Below are positions 61,736 through 64,000 of a DNA stretch of 64,000 nucleotides, one piece after another. The notes beneath the pieces are model-generated. The model was given only the letters and a program-made list of their open reading frames with translations, searched no databases and was not told the origin of the DNA. The stretch is from Tubiluchus corallicola (lineage: Eukaryota; Animalia; Priapulida): positions 124,001 to 188,000 of the forward strand of contig JAQGDQ010002372.1 of the NCBI GenBank assembly GCA_030141605.1, given 5' to 3'. The stretch's first letter is position 1, and every line of letters begins with the position of its first letter. The position numbers and the translations under genes were made by a program.

Positions 61736-62393
61736 ACACCATAAAAGAAATGGATCTCATACTAAATAAAGATAAAACAGAAGAGTATCACATAAAAAGG
61801 AATGGAGATGATGCTTGGAGGAAATGTATATACTTAGGCAGTCTTCTAGCAACAAATAAAAAACCCTAGCACTAGCTGCATATTCCAAATTAACAAAAAA
61901 AATTGAAAGTAAGAGGATCAGTTTAGATACAAATTTAAGAATCTTTGCTGCACTTGTGGAAACTGTGTTTATCTATAACTCACAACACGAATCAGAAATT
62001 AATGCATTTCAAAGAAGAAACTACAGAAACATTCTAGGAATAAAATGGCCAGACAAAATATCAAATCAGGATCTGTACAATAAAGTCAAGGCAGAGGAAT
62101 GGACAATTAAAGTAAAAAGGAGAAGATTAAGATGGATATGACTTGTTATACGACTACCAGATGACAGTCCATTAAAGTTATCTTTCAAAGAAGCACTGCA
62201 GAAAGAAAAGAAACCCGCAAGGAGGACAGCTGCTGACTTATATCAATTTCATCCAAAAAGATCTTATCAGCACCCCATTAGATATCAATCAAAATACAGA
62301 GACATGGAAGGTTGCAGGTGACAGGGTAGTATGGAGTAAAGTGAGCGGGAGGGTCATGTCAAACGACGTGTGACTCCAGAGATGATGATGATG
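61736..62393 (+). mobile_element. 5'-truncated, degraded RTE-clade LINE 3' end
   Basis: LILNKDKTE...WRKCIYLGSLL (RT end), AFQRRNYRNILGIKWPDKISNQDLY, RRRLRW and a (GAT)n tail. Frameshifts and stops are present. Confidence 0.82.
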
Positions 62394-63261
62394 TATCACA
62401 ATTCTGTGCCATACTTACAAAATTGAATCGTACCGTACTAGTACGATAAAATATCATACCGTAATTCCCATCAAATTTCGTACCAAGTGCGTGTAGGATC
62501 CACTATAAAAAGATAAAGAATGACATAAAAGTTAATTGTGTAAACTATATGTTTTTCAATTATTGTTATGAAATTATGCGCACTATAAAAACAGAATTGC
62601 TGTTTGAACTTCCATACTATTTACATGTATTTTAAGTACAAAACTTGCACAAAATCATCCATGGAGTTATAAAATTATTTTGAATTACTTTTTCTTAATA
62701 AATAATTTTGTGTAACGGGCGAGTTACGTTCATTTACTAGTTTTTAACGACTGCCTTTCATTAATTGCTCACTAGTGGCAAATTTTTAATGATAATCAAC
62801 ATTTAGTGTCTTGCCTAAAACATTTGTAACTATACCATGCAGGCTGCACAATTTAACGTACGTAACGTCGGTATGACTTTAATTTCTTTTCTTGGCTCTA
62901 GGTACACAGCCGTAGATCAGCGGTGTTACATTAACATGGTCAAATTTGGTAAGTAACATACCCAGTTTCTATAAGTACAATAATAAAGGTAAGGTAATTT
63001 ACGGGAAAAAACAACTTGCTGCTTTTTCATCCAAAGCGAACCAATCTAGCCGTTTTGTTTGCGTCTGTTCTGTGTCAAGGTGCGTTAACCAGGAGAGAAC
63101 AAGTCCGCACCAAAGAGGCGAAACAAGTCGTCACAAACGTTATAAGAAACTGAGAAAAATGCTACGGAAAAGCTACGATAAAGGTTCGGAAAAATACCAT
63201 AATTTCGTACCGTACTTTTAAGAATTTTTTTGTACCGTACCGTACCGTACTGCCAGCCTTG

Positions 63262-64000
63262 TCAGTGAAATGAGTGCGTAATGTAAGCTAAAATTAGCAA
63301 ATTGGGAAGCACTGAAATTTTTTTGAAGGCAAAAATATAGTGTTCAGCTGACAGACTACCAAGATCTGCTGATATGTGGTGAGACAGAGACCATTTGCTC
63401 ATTTAGAATCTATTTGCTATTGTCCAGTATTGCACGTTCATGAGAATCTATACTATTTAAGAGCAATTTATAATGGTCACGACACTTGTTTTCCAACTGC
63501 TTTGTCTATTTTCGTTTACAGCAAAACTTTCGCATTAAACTGTTTTTTCACATTTCTCCAACTTGTTTGCTTTGATACTTTCTTGCTCAGGTAACGACAT
63601 TACGGTAAAACTTGTTTAAAACTAGACCTTTGATAGGCTATTGGTCCTTGCCTGGGTTTCCTGTTACGCAGTTTATGTGCACCCATAAATAAAATATGTC
63701 CATTAAAAGACGATGTTTATCAGCACGAAGTCTACTAATTGCTTTAGATGAGAACACATTTGACAATGAGGAATTGCTTTTTCGGGTGCAGTTTTTAAAG
63801 CGCAAACAATGTCATCGGAGAGCCTATTTAGAGCAACGGATGTATGATCACCAACAGTAATAAACATTATTGCAAAAAATAACATCAAGAGGCATATGAA
63901 CTATAGAGAGATAAAAATCGCTTAATCTTTTGCAATCATAAAGGCCACTGGGGTTGCCACTACATCACATAAAACGTCATTACCTACAGAGCAAGCTTCC
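63262..64000 (-). mobile_element. Old CR1/L2-group-like LINE remnant, right half (EN-RT linker)
   Basis: RKPRQGPIA...FKQVL at about 63610-63662 on the minus strand. It joins the left half across the hAT TSD. Confidence 0.5.

Larger units (their letters stand above)
58831..63261. mobile_element. Non-autonomous hAT-like DNA transposon (about 0.9 kb without its two LINE inserts)
   Basis: TIRs CAAGGCTGGTAGTACGGTACGGTACG / CGTACCGTACCGTACTGCCAGCCTTG (1 mismatch in 26), 8-bp TSD TCAGTGAG / TCAGTGAA, and internal GTACC repeats. Confidence 0.85.

Overview
AT-rich animal (invertebrate-looking) genomic DNA, not prokaryotic. The main feature is a 16-17 exon plus-strand gene (ATG 21540 to stop 56440, about 1106-1115 aa). 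Every junction of it could be joined by hand in frame with GT-AG introns. It encodes a signal peptide, four 10-cysteine GFR-alpha/GAS1-type domains, two Thr-rich mucin-like regions with acidic Ser-Gly sites, a C-terminal part that looks homologous to two regions of RECK, and a GPI-signal-like tail. This fits an invertebrate GDNF-family-receptor-like (Gfrl) protein. An intronless IQCG/DRC9 gene with an RFX X-box-like promoter site sits antisense inside one of its introns. Downstream is a four-component nest of transposons: an old LINE interrupted by a hAT-like element, which carries an RTE fragment and an RT-deleted Loa/R1-group LINE with a perfect 13-bp TSD. The rest is intron or intergenic DNA with MITEs, SINE remnants, a probable solo LTR and long microsatellites. 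Family assignments come from motif recognition and remembered sequences; no searches were run.
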